DNA of 64,000 nucleotides from Escherichia coli (GTDB lineage Bacteria; Pseudomonadota; Gammaproteobacteria; Enterobacterales; Enterobacteriaceae): NCBI RefSeq assembly GCF_029227855.1, contig NZ_CP074356.1; one strand, 5' to 3'. Shown piece by piece: positions 31,322 to 43,375 of this stretch (position 1 is its first letter; each line of letters starts with the position of its first letter). The notes under the pieces were generated by a model. It saw only the letters and a program-made list of their open reading frames with translations, ran no database searches and was not told where the DNA came from. The position numbers and the translations under genes were made by a program.

Positions 31322-32581
31322 TCAAGCAATACCCATGCTTGCAGCCAGTGCTTCCAGCGCCTGTTCAAAGCACGCCAGCGGTGCCCGCACGGTGCCTGCG
31401 CCAATCTGCCCGATCCCCTCCTCTTTATGGGCGATACCGGTATTGATGAGTGGCGTAATGCCGGTTTCTACCACGCGACGAATGTCCAGCCCCAGGCACG
31501 CGCCCTGGAAATCCCAGCCGGGGATCTGCAACTGCATATTGCGTTCAAGGTAAATTTCCGCCATTTCTTCAGATACCGCTCTGGCCGCTTCCATGCCACC
31601 CGCACCGACAAAGCGTGTTACGCCAGGTGCGGCGATCATTGCCGCACCACCGATACCAAAGGTTTCGGTAATCGCGCTATCGCCCATATCCGGGTTCGCC
31701 TGCTCCTGCGAGAAGCCGGTGAAAAACAGACCTTGCGGAGTGTTTACAGGCGCAGTAAACCAGCGTTCACCCAGCCCGCTTACCCGAATCCCGAACATAT
31801 TGCCGTTGCGGGTCATAGCCGTAACGATGCTGCCTGCGCGGATCATCGCGCCTGCATCCATCGCCGCCTTGCAGTAAGCCATCGCGAGGTTGAGGAAGAA
31901 CTGATCGGTCACGCTGAGAAAATCCATCACTTCCGCGATGTGCTGTTTATCATGATCGAGGCGAGCAATTTGTGGGGCCAGCGCACGCATTAACAGTGCA
32001 GAGGAAGCAATGTTGCGTTGATGGAACTCATCGCCCATGGTAATGCCCTGCGCCATCATCGCGGTGAGATCGATACCGCGCTCCATGCGCCCCAGCGCCG
32101 CGCTTAATACTGGCATTAACACATCGCGCATCCAGCGATGGCGAGTCAGGACATCTTCGCCGTAAGCGCCAAAACGCATCACTTTGCCGATACCTTCGTT
32201 GAGGTTGCAGTAGGCCCGGTTGCCGTCGGTCACGTTCTCGACCACCAGCATCGGCATACTGGCAGAAGTAATGCCACCCATTGGCCCGACGGCATTTACA
32301 TGGTGACAAGGAATGAAGTTCACTTCCCCCTGCTCCAGCATTGCCAGCGCCTGCGCTTCATCTTTCGCCCAGCCTTCGAACAGACATGCGCCCACGCACG
32401 CCCCTTTCATGGGTCCGGTCATCTCCTGCCAGCGCATTGGCGGCCCGGCGTGAAGCAGTGTTTTGCCCTTGTTTAGTTCGCTGATAAGTGAAGAAGCCGG
32501 TTGCACATCCAGCCAGTGTGGACGAGCGCGACGAATTTGTTCGATAACCGCAGCATTGGCTTGCGCCACTGATGTAAACAT
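31322..32581 (-). CDS. ylbE: YlbE (DUF1116), intact
   Basis: A continuous 419-aa ORF. Confidence 0.8.
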   Translation of the reverse strand: MFTSVAQANAAVIEQIRRARPHWLDVQPASSLISELNKGKTLLHAGPPMRWQEMTGPMKGACVGACLFEGWAKDEAQALAMLEQGEVNFIPCHHVNAVGPMGGITSASMPMLVVENVTDGNRAYCNLNEGIGKVMRFGAYGEDVLTRHRWMRDVLMPVLSAALGRMERGIDLTAMMAQGITMGDEFHQRNIASSALLMRALAPQIARLDHDKQHIAEVMDFLSVTDQFFLNLAMAYCKAAMDAGAMIRAGSIVTAMTRNGNMFGIRVSGLGERWFTAPVNTPQGLFFTGFSQEQANPDMGDSAITETFGIGGAAMIAAPGVTRFVGAGGMEAARAVSEEMAEIYLERNMQLQIPGWDFQGACLGLDIRRVVETGITPLINTGIAHKEEGIGQIGAGTVRAPLACFEQALEALAASMGIA

Positions 32582-32590
32582 GGGAACCCC

Positions 32591-34258
32591 TTATTGCAAA
32601 CGTTCTAATAAACGAGCCAGTTTTTTATTGCCACCGGCGACTGGCGACCATTGGTAATGCACAACCGGTTTGCTGGCGCTTTGTAGCGCCAGCGCAAAGC
32701 TGCGTAATCCGATGTTAATCACGGCGACGTTTTCCAGTAATGACGGTGTATGTGGCTGTGTGGCAGGCGAGAGCGGATGAATTAACGCCGCCGCCAGCAA
32801 GGTGGCTTCCGGCAGCGAACTCACGACCGCAATCCCCGCATCTTCCAGCGTGGCGATTTGCTGCGAGCGGCATTGCGGGTCACGTTCGGTGCCTGTCACC
32901 GTGGCAATGGCGTACAGCGGTTGGCTGTCAGAACGCGCGGCACAGGCTTTTTGCCAGGCGCTCACCAGCGAGGCGGCAGGATCGGCGGTCGCACCGAAGC
33001 CAATCACGACATCAAGCAGCAACACGCGCACTTGCGGTTTAGCGCCGAGATCGGCAATTAACAGGTTGCGTAAGGTCGGATCGATCATCGGATGGGGACG
33101 CCCGACGGTGTAAAAATCATCGCCCAGGTCGAGGATCTGATGTCCGTCGGCGTCCAGCATCATGCCATGTTGATGGGTATCGTCGGCTTCCACGCCAAGG
33201 TGTCCGGCAAGTAATCCCGCCGCTTCAGCAGCCAGCGTACCGCCGGTATACAAGCCGCAAATAAATCCGCTGCTGACAGGCGCTATTGCGTTACGTCGCG
33301 CCGTAACGCGTGAAAGCAGGCAAGCCAGGCGTGCGGCCTCATCCAGCGAGGAGGCAAACCAGACATTCTCGTCGCGGGCCACCGCCGGGGTATAACCTAA
33401 AAACAGCGCCACCGTCGGTTTGCCAGTTGCTTTCATGGCATTAACAATTTTCAGACGCACAGCTTCGGCAGGTGGTTTTGAAACAAATGCCAGCACTTCG
33501 CTTTTCTCGTCGGCGCTTAACATTTCCAGCGCCGTTAGCGCACTGATGCCGCCCACTTCACGGCTGAGGTCGCGCCCGCCAAGACCAATCGCGTGGGTAA
33601 TTCCCTCACCTGCCAGCGCAATCTGCGAACACAGTTCCTGAATCCCGGTACCGGAAGCGCCAATGACGCCAATGTTGCCTTCCGGTATCACGTTAGCAAA
33701 AGCCAGCGGCGTGCCGGCAATCATCGACGTACCGCAGTCCGGCCCCATCACCAGCAAGCCTTTTTCCCGCGCGCGGGTTTTAAGTTGGATTTCATCTTCC
33801 AGCGTGACGTTATCAGAGAACATCATCACGTTGAGGTTGCGATCCAGCGCCTGATTCGCCAGCTCCGCCGCATACTCGCCAGCCACTGAAATCAGCGCCA
33901 GACTGGCGTCGGGTAATTTCTGACAGGCACTGTCCCAGCGACGCACCTGCGTCAACGCCTGGCTGCTGCCTGCCCCCTGCGCCAGTTGTTTTAGCGCCTC
34001 TTCAAGCTGCTGCATAATCGCCTGCGCGATCCCCGCATCCGCCGCTTCGCTACGAATTGCCACGCAAATATCGTTCGGCGTGGCGTTATTAAAATCGTCA
34101 TGCCAGAAACCTGTGGTATCTAATAACGCTTTATTGGCGGGCGTACCCATCATTACGGAAACATCATCAACATTTTCTGATTCGCTTAGTTTTCGTGAAA
34201 TAATCATTAAACTGACCGAATCCTGAAAACACCCTTTTTTAATAAAGGCGTGGATCAT
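32591..34258 (-). CDS. fdrA: FdrA, acyl-CoA synthetase (NDP-forming)-like protein
   Basis: 555 aa, succinyl-CoA ligase alpha-like. Confidence 0.88.
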   Translation of the reverse strand: MIHAFIKKGCFQDSVSLMIISRKLSESENVDDVSVMMGTPANKALLDTTGFWHDDFNNATPNDICVAIRSEAADAGIAQAIMQQLEEALKQLAQGAGSSQALTQVRRWDSACQKLPDASLALISVAGEYAAELANQALDRNLNVMMFSDNVTLEDEIQLKTRAREKGLLVMGPDCGTSMIAGTPLAFANVIPEGNIGVIGASGTGIQELCSQIALAGEGITHAIGLGGRDLSREVGGISALTALEMLSADEKSEVLAFVSKPPAEAVRLKIVNAMKATGKPTVALFLGYTPAVARDENVWFASSLDEAARLACLLSRVTARRNAIAPVSSGFICGLYTGGTLAAEAAGLLAGHLGVEADDTHQHGMMLDADGHQILDLGDDFYTVGRPHPMIDPTLRNLLIADLGAKPQVRVLLLDVVIGFGATADPAASLVSAWQKACAARSDSQPLYAIATVTGTERDPQCRSQQIATLEDAGIAVVSSLPEATLLAAALIHPLSPATQPHTPSLLENVAVINIGLRSFALALQSASKPVVHYQWSPVAGGNKKLARLLERLQ

Positions 34259-34574
34259 AACAACTCCTTAAAAATTGCACCCATGGCAATTGCACGAGCA
34301 GTGTTAATGTGGCGATTACGGTATCGATGACAACGAGTAAATAAGGTGATGAATATCACACAGGGATTATTAACAAAAGAATTCAAATAACCGCCATGCT
34401 ATTACGTATTATTTTTTAATAAGCGTGGTTATTTTAAAAACCAGGTTAAAAGCGAGCGGATTATCAAATAAATTCTAACTATATTTTTTTGCCTGTCTGG
34501 ATCACATAATCCAGATATTTTCCCTGTATGTTAATTGCAGTCATGCTTCACACCGTCGTTAAAAAGGAAGACAG

Positions 34575-35624
34575 ATGAAAATCAGTCGGGAAACACTCCA
34601 CCAGCTAATTGAGAATAAACTCTGCCAGGCTGGGTTAAAACGTGAGCACGCTGCAACCGTGGCTGAAGTATTGGTTTACGCCGATGCCAGAGGGATCCAC
34701 TCTCATGGCGCAGTGCGCGTGGAATACTACGCGGAACGCATTTCAAAAGGCGGCACCAACCGCGAACCGGAGTTTCGTCTTGAAGAAACCGGGCCATGTT
34801 CAGCAATTTTACATGCTGACAATGCCGCCGGACAGGTCGCGGCGAAAATGGGTATGGAACATGCCATCAAAACCGCCCAGCAAAATGGCGTTGCGGTGGT
34901 CGGTATCAGCCGGATGGGTCACAGCGGCGCAATCTCTTATTTTGTGCAGCAGGCAGCCCGCGCCGGATTAATTGGCATTTCGATGTGCCAGTCCGATCCA
35001 ATGGTGGTGCCGTTTGGCGGCGCGGAAATTTACTACGGTACTAACCCACTGGCCTTTGCCGCGCCGGGAGAAGGCGACGAGATCCTTACCTTTGATATGG
35101 CGACTACCGTACAGGCATGGGGAAAAGTGCTCGACGCCCGCTCGCGTAATATGTCTATCCCGGATACCTGGGCGGTCGATAAAAACGGAGCACCAACAAC
35201 CGATCCATTTGCAGTTAACGCCCTGCTCCCTGCCGCCGGACCGAAAGGGTATGGCCTGATGATGATGATTGACGTCCTCTCAGGCGTCTTACTCGGCTTA
35301 CCGTTCGGGCGACAGGTTAGTTCGATGTATGACGATTTACACGCCGGGCGTAATTTGGGGCAATTACATATCGTTATTAACCCGAACTTTTTCTCCTCCA
35401 GCGAATTATTCCGTCAACATCTTAGCCAGACCATGCGCGAATTAAATGCCATTACCCCCGCGCCCGGTTTTAATCAGGTTTATTATCCCGGACAGGATCA
35501 GGATATTAAACAACGCAAAGCCGCCGTCGAAGGCATCGAAATTGTTGATGATATTTACCAGTATTTAATTTCCGACGCGCTTTATAACACGTCATACGAA
35601 ACGAAAAATCCCTTTGCGCAATAA
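34575..35624 (+). CDS. allD: Ureidoglycolate dehydrogenase
   Basis: 349 aa. Confidence 0.9.
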   Translation: MKISRETLHQLIENKLCQAGLKREHAATVAEVLVYADARGIHSHGAVRVEYYAERISKGGTNREPEFRLEETGPCSAILHADNAAGQVAAKMGMEHAIKTAQQNGVAVVGISRMGHSGAISYFVQQAARAGLIGISMCQSDPMVVPFGGAEIYYGTNPLAFAAPGEGDEILTFDMATTVQAWGKVLDARSRNMSIPDTWAVDKNGAPTTDPFAVNALLPAAGPKGYGLMMMIDVLSGVLLGLPFGRQVSSMYDDLHAGRNLGQLHIVINPNFFSSSELFRQHLSQTMRELNAITPAPGFNQVYYPGQDQDIKQRKAAVEGIEIVDDIYQYLISDALYNTSYETKNPFAQ

Positions 35625-35645
35625 TTATTGAGACAGGACTTTCTT

Positions 35646-36881
35646 ATGATTACACATTTCCGTCAAGCCATAGAAGAAACGCTGCCCTGGCTTTCCTCTT
35701 TTGGCGCTGACCCAACGGGTGGGATGACCCGTTTACTTTATTCGCCGGAATGGCTGGAAACCCAGCAGCAATTTAAAAAAAGAATGGCAGCAAGCGGGCT
35801 GGAAACACGTTTCGATGAAGTGGGCAATTTATACGGTCGCCTGAGTGGCACCGAATATCCACAGGAAGTGGTTCTGAGCGGTTCGCATATCGATACCGTG
35901 GTTAACGGCGGTAACCTCGACGGGCAATTCGGCGCGCTGGCGGCGTGGCTGGCAATTGACTGGTTGAAAACGCAATACGGCGCGCCGTTACGTACGGTCG
36001 AAGTGGTGGCGATGGCAGAAGAAGAAGGCAGCCGCTTCCCGTATGTCTTCTGGGGCAGTAAAAATATCTTTGGGCTGGCGAATCCTGACGACGTGCGGAA
36101 TATCTGTGATGCCAAAGGAAATAGTTTTGTCGATGCGATGAAGGCTTGCGGATTTACTCTGCCGAACGCCCCACTAACTCCGCGTCAGGATATTAAAGCC
36201 TTTGTCGAACTGCATATCGAACAGGGCTGTGTGCTGGAAAGTAATGGGCAGTCAATTGGCGTGGTGAATGCAATTGTCGGGCAGCGTCGTTATACGGTGA
36301 CGCTGAATGGCGAATCAAACCATGCAGGCACCACGCCGAGGGGTTATCGTCGTGATACGGTTTACGCTTTCAGTCGCATATGCCATCAGTCTGTCGAAAA
36401 AGCGAAAAAGATGGGCGATCCGCTGGTTCTGACCTTTGGCAAAGTAGAGCCGCGCCCGAATACGGTGAATGTGGTGCCGGGTAAAACCACGTTCACCATT
36501 GATTGTCGCCATACCGATGCTGCCGTGCTGCGCGATTTCACCCAACAGTTAGAAAACGACATGCGGGCGATTTGCGATGAAATGGACATTGGTATTGATA
36601 TCGATTTATGGATGGACGAAGAACCCGTGCCGATGAATAAGGACCTGGTCACCACCCTGACAGAATTGTGTGAAAGCGAAAAACTGAATTACCGGGTGAT
36701 GCACAGTGGTGCCGGGCACGACGCACAAATTTTCGCGCCGCGCGTGCCGACCTGCATGATTTTCATTCCCAGCATCAACGGGATCAGCCATAACCCGGCG
36801 GAACGCACCAATATTACCGACCTTGCCGAAGGGGTCAAAACGTTGGCACTCATGCTTTATCAACTTGCCTGGAAGAAATAA
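35646..36881 (+). CDS. allC: Allantoate amidohydrolase
   Basis: 411 aa from MITHFRQAIEE; M20 peptidase family. Confidence 0.9.
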   Translation: MITHFRQAIEETLPWLSSFGADPTGGMTRLLYSPEWLETQQQFKKRMAASGLETRFDEVGNLYGRLSGTEYPQEVVLSGSHIDTVVNGGNLDGQFGALAAWLAIDWLKTQYGAPLRTVEVVAMAEEEGSRFPYVFWGSKNIFGLANPDDVRNICDAKGNSFVDAMKACGFTLPNAPLTPRQDIKAFVELHIEQGCVLESNGQSIGVVNAIVGQRRYTVTLNGESNHAGTTPRGYRRDTVYAFSRICHQSVEKAKKMGDPLVLTFGKVEPRPNTVNVVPGKTTFTIDCRHTDAAVLRDFTQQLENDMRAICDEMDIGIDIDLWMDEEPVPMNKDLVTTLTELCESEKLNYRVMHSGAGHDAQIFAPRVPTCMIFIPSINGISHNPAERTNITDLAEGVKTLALMLYQLAWKK

Positions 36882-36891
36882 GGAGTTATAA

Positions 36892-37677
36892 ATGGGATAT
36901 TTAAATAACGTCACCGGTTACCGCGATGATTTACTGGCTAACCGTGCGATTGTTAAACACGGTAATTTCGCACTTTTAACCCCGGATGGTCTGGTAAAAA
37001 ATATTATTCCGGGCTTTGAAAATTGTGACGCGACAATCCTCTCCACGCCAAAGCTGGGTGCCTCTTTTGTTGATTATCTGGTCACACTGCATCAAAACGG
37101 TGGCAACCAACAGGGCTTCGGTGGCGAAGGCATTGAAACGTTCCTGTATGTGATCTCTGGAAATATCACTGCCAAAGCTGAAGGCAAAACATTTGCCTTA
37201 AGCGAAGGTGGCTATCTTTATTGCCCACCAGGCTCCTTAATGACGTTTGTTAACGCCCAGGCCGAAGACAGCCAAATCTTTTTATATAAGCGCCGCTATG
37301 TTCCGGTAGAAGGCCATGCACCGTGGCTGGTTTCTGGCAATGCCAGCGAACTCGAACGCATTCATTATGAAGGCATGGACGATGTTATTCTGCTGGATTT
37401 TCTGCCCAAAGAGTTAGGTTTTGATATGAACATGCATATCCTCTCTTTTGCGCCAGGTGCCAGCCACGGTTATATCGAAACACACGTCCAGGAACACGGT
37501 GCCTATGTTCTTTCCGGTCAGGGGGTTTATAACCTCGACAATAACTGGATCCCGGTGAAAAAAGGCGATTACATCTTTATGGGCGCTTATTCCTTACAGG
37601 CTGGTTATGGCGTAGGGCGTGGTGAAGCGTTTAGTTATATTTACTCGAAAGATTGCAACCGCGACGTAGAGATTTAA
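36892..37677 (+). CDS. allE: (S)-ureidoglycine aminohydrolase (cupin)
   Basis: 261 aa. Confidence 0.88.
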   Translation: MGYLNNVTGYRDDLLANRAIVKHGNFALLTPDGLVKNIIPGFENCDATILSTPKLGASFVDYLVTLHQNGGNQQGFGGEGIETFLYVISGNITAKAEGKTFALSEGGYLYCPPGSLMTFVNAQAEDSQIFLYKRRYVPVEGHAPWLVSGNASELERIHYEGMDDVILLDFLPKELGFDMNMHILSFAPGASHGYIETHVQEHGAYVLSGQGVYNLDNNWIPVKKGDYIFMGAYSLQAGYGVGRGEAFSYIYSKDCNRDVEI

Positions 37678-37719
37678 GTCATACCACTCGCCTGATTATT
37701 TTTAGCTATGTTGGATTTT

Positions 37720-37746
37720 GCCACGGTTTATACCGTGGCTTTTTTT
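37720..37746 (+). terminator. Rho-independent terminator after allE
   Basis: Hairpin gccacggtttataccgtggc followed by TTTTTTT. Confidence 0.7.
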
Positions 37747-37757
37747 GCGGTAAATTC

Positions 37758-37791
37758 AGGTAAAAAACGGATGCGAGATAAAATGCATCCG
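37758..37791 (-). terminator. Rho-independent terminator after glxK (minus strand)
   Basis: Hairpin cggatgcattttatctcgcatccg followed by a T-run on the minus strand. Confidence 0.65.
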
Positions 37792-37806
37792 CTCTAATGG
37801 CAAGAG

Positions 37807-38952
37807 TCAGTTTTTAATTCCCTGACCTATTTTAATGGCGCAGGCAATATTTCGTGCGCTGTTGAAGAGATTGGTTTCACCGCTGGCGAGCACTTCGGCT
37901 AAAGGTGCCAGACGTGGCAAAATGCTGAACACCGCGTCAATGCCGTACTGGTGCACCACTTCCACGCCGTCACCCAATACGCCAGCAATCCCAATCACCG
38001 GGACATTAAACTGCTTCGCCACCGACGCCACGCCCAGCGGTGCTTTACCGCCTGCCGTTTGCGAGTCGATGCGCCCTTCCCCGGTGATCACCAGCGCTGC
38101 ACCCTGCACCGCCTGCTCCAGGTTGACCGCCCGCAGTACAATCTCAATACCCGGTTTAATATCCGCATTGAGAAATACCGCCGCCGCAATACCCATACCG
38201 CCCGCAGCGCCGCCGCCCGCCATCTGACAGACGTTGATTTCAGTTTGCTGTTGTAAAACACGGGCGTAATTTTGCAGCCCCTGTTCCAGCTCTTCGACCA
38301 TTTCCGGTGTTGCCCCTTTTTGCGGGCCAAACACCGCCGCCGCGCCGCGTGCCCCTACCAGCGGGTTATCAACGTCACATGCTACTTCAATATGGCAGTT
38401 CGCCAGACGCGGATCGCATTCCTCCATCTCAATGCTTGCCACGCGCGCTAAATTGCCGCCGTTAGCCGCCAGCACCTGGCCGTCGGCATCAAGGAAACGC
38501 ACACCAAGCGCCTGCGCCATGCCCATACCGCCGTCGACCGTCGCACTGCCGCCAATGCCGAGAATAATATGGCGAATACCGTTATCCAGCGCATGACGAA
38601 TTAACTCCCCCGTACCAAAACTGGAGGCCAGCAACGGATTACGCTTTTCAGGCGCGACCAGCATCAGGCCACTTGCTGCCGCCATCTCAATCACCGCCGT
38701 TTTCCCGTCGCCGGTAAGGCCATAAAAAGCATTCACTTTTTCGCCCATCGGCCCGCAGACTTCAAGCGTCACGATGTTGCCGCCCGTCGCGGCGACCATC
38801 GCATCCACCGTCCCTTCGCCGCCATCCGCTATCGGCAAACAGATATAGTTCGCATCGGGAAAGAGGGTCGAAAACCCGGCTTTAATTGCCTGACAACATT
38901 TTTCTGCACTTAAGCTCTCTTTAAACGAGTCTGGCGCAATGACAATCTTCAT
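37807..38952 (-). CDS. glxK: Glycerate 2-kinase
   Basis: 381 aa from [14 protein letters not shown]. Confidence 0.9.
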   Translation of the reverse strand: MKIVIAPDSFKESLSAEKCCQAIKAGFSTLFPDANYICLPIADGGEGTVDAMVAATGGNIVTLEVCGPMGEKVNAFYGLTGDGKTAVIEMAAASGLMLVAPEKRNPLLASSFGTGELIRHALDNGIRHIILGIGGSATVDGGMGMAQALGVRFLDADGQVLAANGGNLARVASIEMEECDPRLANCHIEVACDVDNPLVGARGAAAVFGPQKGATPEMVEELEQGLQNYARVLQQQTEINVCQMAGGGAAGGMGIAAAVFLNADIKPGIEIVLRAVNLEQAVQGAALVITGEGRIDSQTAGGKAPLGVASVAKQFNVPVIGIAGVLGDGVEVVHQYGIDAVFSILPRLAPLAEVLASGETNLFNSARNIACAIKIGQGIKN

Positions 38953-38973
38953 TATCAATCCTTTTTCAACAAA

Positions 38974-40281
38974 TTATTCGATGCGTTCCCACGGAATAAG
39001 ATTATCCATAAGAACAGCCAGTAAAATCCCGACCAGTAAGCCGTTACTGAGCAGAGGACGCAGCGTTAATGGAAGGTCTTGCAGATACACAGGCGGTAAT
39101 GCCATTAAAAATATGCCGACAAATAACGGCAATGCGAGTCGATAAATATTGCGAGCGGTAAAGGTTATTTGCTGGCTAAACACCAGCGCGGAAAAGAGTA
39201 AAGGCAGATAAGAAACCAGCATGACCGCGCTACTCACGGGTAAAGGGATACTGCAAAACAGTCGTGTGAGTGCCGGAACCAGTGCCACCAGCAGGCAAAT
39301 AACGCTGCCATAAATAAACGAACACCGTGTGTAATCGCCAGTCTGGGTTAATAAACCAATGGATGAAACAAACGGTGAAAATGGAATTACCGCCAGCGGT
39401 ACGGTTATCAGCGTCATAAATCCGGTCGCCACAAAGCTACGACGATAACGCGTATTCCCCGCGCCCTGCTGCGGATAAAAAACATCCGTGCCACGAATCG
39501 CACCGTAGGTATTGCTGATATTAACCAGACCTGTAACCACCGCCGTCAGAATAATCCCCGGCGACAAAGCACCTCCACTGCCGAGCGGGAACCACTGCCA
39601 GTGCAACTCACCGGAGAGCGAATGCGAAGAAGGAAAGCAAAAGTACCACAACAACCAGCCGGTTATCGTACCGACCAGCAGGCCATAACGGGCAAAACGT
39701 TGCGGCAGGAAGATAATCATCGCCAGTACCAGGCACATCACCGCCACCGAGAGCGCGAACGGCGGTAACTGAATCTTAAAATTCGGGTCGGCTATGCCAA
39801 ACGGCAGCCCGAGCATACCTTTGAAAAAGATAGTGGTCAGCTGTGCGCCCAGCATCAACATAAACAAGACCATCACCGACGGCGTAAATAACCGCGCCAG
39901 GCGATGACCTAATCCGCTAAAACCAATCAACATCGTCAGCACGCCGGAGAGCGCAATCCCCACCGCCAGACTGGTAGCGATATCGTTGATCGGTGTCCCG
40001 CGCGATGCTTCGCCAAGGGTGATAGTAAGGATGGTTCCCCACCACAGGCCACCCGGCCCTTCCATAATAGCGCGACGATGACCGCAGAACGCCTGAGCGA
40101 AGCAGGCCAGTGCGGTAGCAAGAAAAGCATATTGCGTGAGCGTAAGCAGGCTACTTTGCGGCAACTGAAAAGCAGAAAGTAGCGTAGGAGGAACCACAAC
40201 AGTGTTGCAAAAAATAAAGAAAAACCACTGAAATCCTGATAACAGGCTTTCGCGGCTGACTGCAAAATTGAACATAAACAC
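38974..40281 (-). CDS. ybbY: YbbY, putative purine/uracil permease
   Basis: An ORF of ~435 aa, multi-pass membrane protein. The exact start is uncertain. Confidence 0.85.
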   Translation of the reverse strand: MFMFNFAVSRESLLSGFQWFFFIFCNTVVVPPTLLSAFQLPQSSLLTLTQYAFLATALACFAQAFCGHRRAIMEGPGGLWWGTILTITLGEASRGTPINDIATSLAVGIALSGVLTMLIGFSGLGHRLARLFTPSVMVLFMLMLGAQLTTIFFKGMLGLPFGIADPNFKIQLPPFALSVAVMCLVLAMIIFLPQRFARYGLLVGTITGWLLWYFCFPSSHSLSGELHWQWFPLGSGGALSPGIILTAVVTGLVNISNTYGAIRGTDVFYPQQGAGNTRYRRSFVATGFMTLITVPLAVIPFSPFVSSIGLLTQTGDYTRCSFIYGSVICLLVALVPALTRLFCSIPLPVSSAVMLVSYLPLLFSALVFSQQITFTARNIYRLALPLFVGIFLMALPPVYLQDLPLTLRPLLSNGLLVGILLAVLMDNLIPWERIE

Positions 40282-40331
40282 ACCTTAACCGGAGAATGCC
40301 CGCCGCAAGGACGGGCATTGCAGGGGCCAGA

Positions 40332-41693
40332 TTACTGCTGATGTTTAAGGATAAATTGACCTTTCGGCGCAACAGGGAAGCCCTGTTCGATGTCGTAAAT
40401 CACATCACCACGTAAGATGGTTTTCGTGATACGCGCGCCAATGGTACGGCCAACATACGGGCTGACTTTGTGGCGATATTCCAGATCGTCATTGGTAAGA
40501 ACATAGCTGCTATTCGGCTGAATGAAGACGAAGTCGGCATCTTTTCCTGGGGCGATACGGCCTTTTTGCTGCAGACCAAAAATATCTGCTGCGTTAGTCG
40601 CCATTAATTTGCCGAACATTGCCAGAGACATTCCGCGTTTCTGTACCGCTTCATCGAACATCACGTCCATACAGTTTTGCAGACCGGCAATACCGCCCCA
40701 TGCTTCCATGATGTTGCCGGCTTTCATTTCCGGCGGGCATGGTGAGTGGTCGGAAACCAGGCAGTCGATTTCACCGTTAAACAGTTTTTCCCACATGCCT
40801 TTCTGGTTTTCCAGATCGCGGATCGGCGGTGAACACTTCGCCAGAGTACCGATTTCTTCGAACTGATCGGTATCCAGTACAAAGTAATGCGGGCAGGATT
40901 CACAAGTAACGTCCTGACCTTCCTGACGTGCACGAGTCACTTCCTCAACGCCTTCCGGGCTGCTGATATGGCAAATGTGCAGACGGCAACCGGCAACTTT
41001 CGCCAGGTACAGTACGCGGCGAATCGCTTCCACTTCGGTAAATACCGGACGCGAAGCCACATAGTCATGGGCAGTTACGCGACCTTCACTTTTCGCTTCT
41101 TCGCCCAGTGCATCACAGATCAGCGCGTTTTCGCAGTGCACCAGCACCGGCTGCCCCAGTTCGCCCAGCTTCTGCGCACCTTTGAAGAACTGCCAGTCGT
41201 TTACATCACGGAAGTCGTTGTCGATACCGCGATCGCCACAGGTTGCGACGAAGCATTTGAAGCCGACAACGCCCACTTCATCCAGCTCATGCAGACGGTC
41301 GATGTTGTAAGACACCAGGCCACCGAGTTGTGCCGCATCGATAGTCAGCTTGCCTTTAGCGGCATCGAACTTCAGTTCAATTGAAGCGCGGTCAACCGTT
41401 GCAGGCAGCTGGTTGAGCGGCATTTCGATCATGGTGGTGATACCACCTTTTGCCGCTGCGCGAGTACCAGTTTCATAACCTTCCCAGTGGCTACGACCCG
41501 GTTCAGAAATATGGGTGTGCGCATCAACCATGCCTGGCGAAACCACCAGACCAGACGCATCCATAACTTCTTTTGCATCGCCCAGATCCTGACCGATAGC
41601 AGCAATTTTTCCGCCTTTAACGGCGATATCTACAACGCGAGCTTCGTTTTCTAAAATAACAGTGCCGTTTTTAATGATTAAATCAAAAGACAT
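40332..41693 (-). CDS. allB: Allantoinase
   Basis: 453 aa, cyclic amidohydrolase (DAHTH metal-binding motif). Confidence 0.95.
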   Translation of the reverse strand: MSFDLIIKNGTVILENEARVVDIAVKGGKIAAIGQDLGDAKEVMDASGLVVSPGMVDAHTHISEPGRSHWEGYETGTRAAAKGGITTMIEMPLNQLPATVDRASIELKFDAAKGKLTIDAAQLGGLVSYNIDRLHELDEVGVVGFKCFVATCGDRGIDNDFRDVNDWQFFKGAQKLGELGQPVLVHCENALICDALGEEAKSEGRVTAHDYVASRPVFTEVEAIRRVLYLAKVAGCRLHICHISSPEGVEEVTRARQEGQDVTCESCPHYFVLDTDQFEEIGTLAKCSPPIRDLENQKGMWEKLFNGEIDCLVSDHSPCPPEMKAGNIMEAWGGIAGLQNCMDVMFDEAVQKRGMSLAMFGKLMATNAADIFGLQQKGRIAPGKDADFVFIQPNSSYVLTNDDLEYRHKVSPYVGRTIGARITKTILRGDVIYDIEQGFPVAPKGQFILKHQQ

Positions 41694-41752
41694 AACAAAC
41701 TCCTTGTAAAATACAGATTGGTTTTTAACTCAATGTTCAATATCGTGATTAA

Positions 41753-43207
41753 TTAACCTATGGTTTTTTGTTCTCCTGTTTTTTCTGCTGTTGTACGTTT
41801 CTTTAATAAGGCGTAGGCCGCAAAGGCGACGATGACGCCGACAAACCATGAAACACGCGATAACGGTTCCATAAAGGGAATAAACTTACCGCCAAGAGAT
41901 AAAATAACGGCCACCAGAGTTACTGAGAACGCTGTGAGGTTAAAGCCGTTATCGTAATATTTAAAATCACCTGGTGCAGTGTACAGCTCGTCAAGATTAA
42001 TTTGCCCACGCATCACCACAAAATAATGCGCCATCATCACACCAATTACCGGACCAAGCATTCCGCCAATAATATCGAGGAACAGATAAATACTGTCCTG
42101 ATTTTCCATTAATTTCCACGGGCAGATCAGCAGGCTGATAATACTGGCAATCAGTACGCCGTTTTTATAGGTCAGTTTCGTCGGTGCAATAGCGGCAATC
42201 TGATAACCGGCCGGAATAATATTACCGGTGGCGTTAGTGGAAATGGTCGTCATCAGAATAACCAGTACCGCAAAGAACGAGGCGAACAGACTGTCCCAAC
42301 GCTGAACAATATCCAGCACGTTCCAGGTATCTGCGCCGTAATGAATACTGGCTCCGGCAATAATACATACCCCGGCGACCGCAAACAGAATATAGGCCAC
42401 AACTAAACCCAGCGTTTGCCCCAGCGCCTGCTCACGAAACGAGTGGGCGTTTTGCGTAAAGTCGGATGCGCTCACCGCCGGTGCCGCCCAGACCGCAACC
42501 ACCGCGTTTATCACCACCAGAAACAGGAAGCCACTGTTTTCTGCTTTCTGAATACCGCTCGGAATGTAGTCAAAGATTGGACCGAGCCCGACCAGCGAAA
42601 TCGCCCAAATCGCCATACCGCCGAAAACGATATAGATGCACGGGTTAAGAATGGCAGTGAATTTATTTAAAACTTTGCCACCGCCAAAACCTATACCAAC
42701 GTTGACCAGCCAGAAGAGTAAGAAAGTAATTAAGCCCGGTAGAGAAAGGCCTAACAGAGTGAAATCACCACCGAGAGTTAAAAATCCCGGCCAGATTTTG
42801 CCAATCAGGATCAAGCAGGCCAGCGATCCAGCGTAACATTGCAGGCCAAACCACATAATGGCAGCAATCCCGCCTCTTAATAATCCGGGAAACAGTGCAC
42901 CACGTACGCCGTAAGAAGCACGCAGGATCATGGCAAAAGGCACACCGTATTTACTGCCCGCAGCACCGTTTAATACCATTACCGCGGCAATGAAAAAGGC
43001 GCTGAGGATAATTGCCAGCATAATACTAAAGGTAGACAAGCCGAGAATAAAAAAGCCGCCGACCATCACATAATTGGGAACGTTATGAACCGAACCCATC
43101 CATAAGGTAAAATAGTTAAATGTTTTCCAGGTCCGCTGGCTTTGCGTTTTTGGCAATAGATCTTCGCTATAGCCGCGTTGCTGGAATAGTTTTCTCTGAT
43201 GTTCCAT
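41753..43207 (-). CDS. ybbW: Allantoin permease (NCS1 family)
   Basis: 484 aa, polytopic membrane protein. Confidence 0.9.
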   Translation of the reverse strand: MEHQRKLFQQRGYSEDLLPKTQSQRTWKTFNYFTLWMGSVHNVPNYVMVGGFFILGLSTFSIMLAIILSAFFIAAVMVLNGAAGSKYGVPFAMILRASYGVRGALFPGLLRGGIAAIMWFGLQCYAGSLACLILIGKIWPGFLTLGGDFTLLGLSLPGLITFLLFWLVNVGIGFGGGKVLNKFTAILNPCIYIVFGGMAIWAISLVGLGPIFDYIPSGIQKAENSGFLFLVVINAVVAVWAAPAVSASDFTQNAHSFREQALGQTLGLVVAYILFAVAGVCIIAGASIHYGADTWNVLDIVQRWDSLFASFFAVLVILMTTISTNATGNIIPAGYQIAAIAPTKLTYKNGVLIASIISLLICPWKLMENQDSIYLFLDIIGGMLGPVIGVMMAHYFVVMRGQINLDELYTAPGDFKYYDNGFNLTAFSVTLVAVILSLGGKFIPFMEPLSRVSWFVGVIVAFAAYALLKKRTTAEKTGEQKTIG

Positions 43208-43375
43208 AAATCCCTCTTAATTTCACGTATCGAATAACGTCTTTTTAATCTAGCTATGAGGAACAAATAAAATAAAAATATTATTTTTAATACTGAAGCA
43301 ACATCTTTGGCTGCTTTCTTTTTTAATATTGCTGGCCGATTCATTTTCTGATATCGGCCATTTTTATTGCGGGTA

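Noticed and set aside
31301-31993. 230-aa plus-strand ORF overlapping ylbE and ylbF
   Set aside because: Antisense to two well-supported genes, with a Cys/Arg-rich improbable translation.
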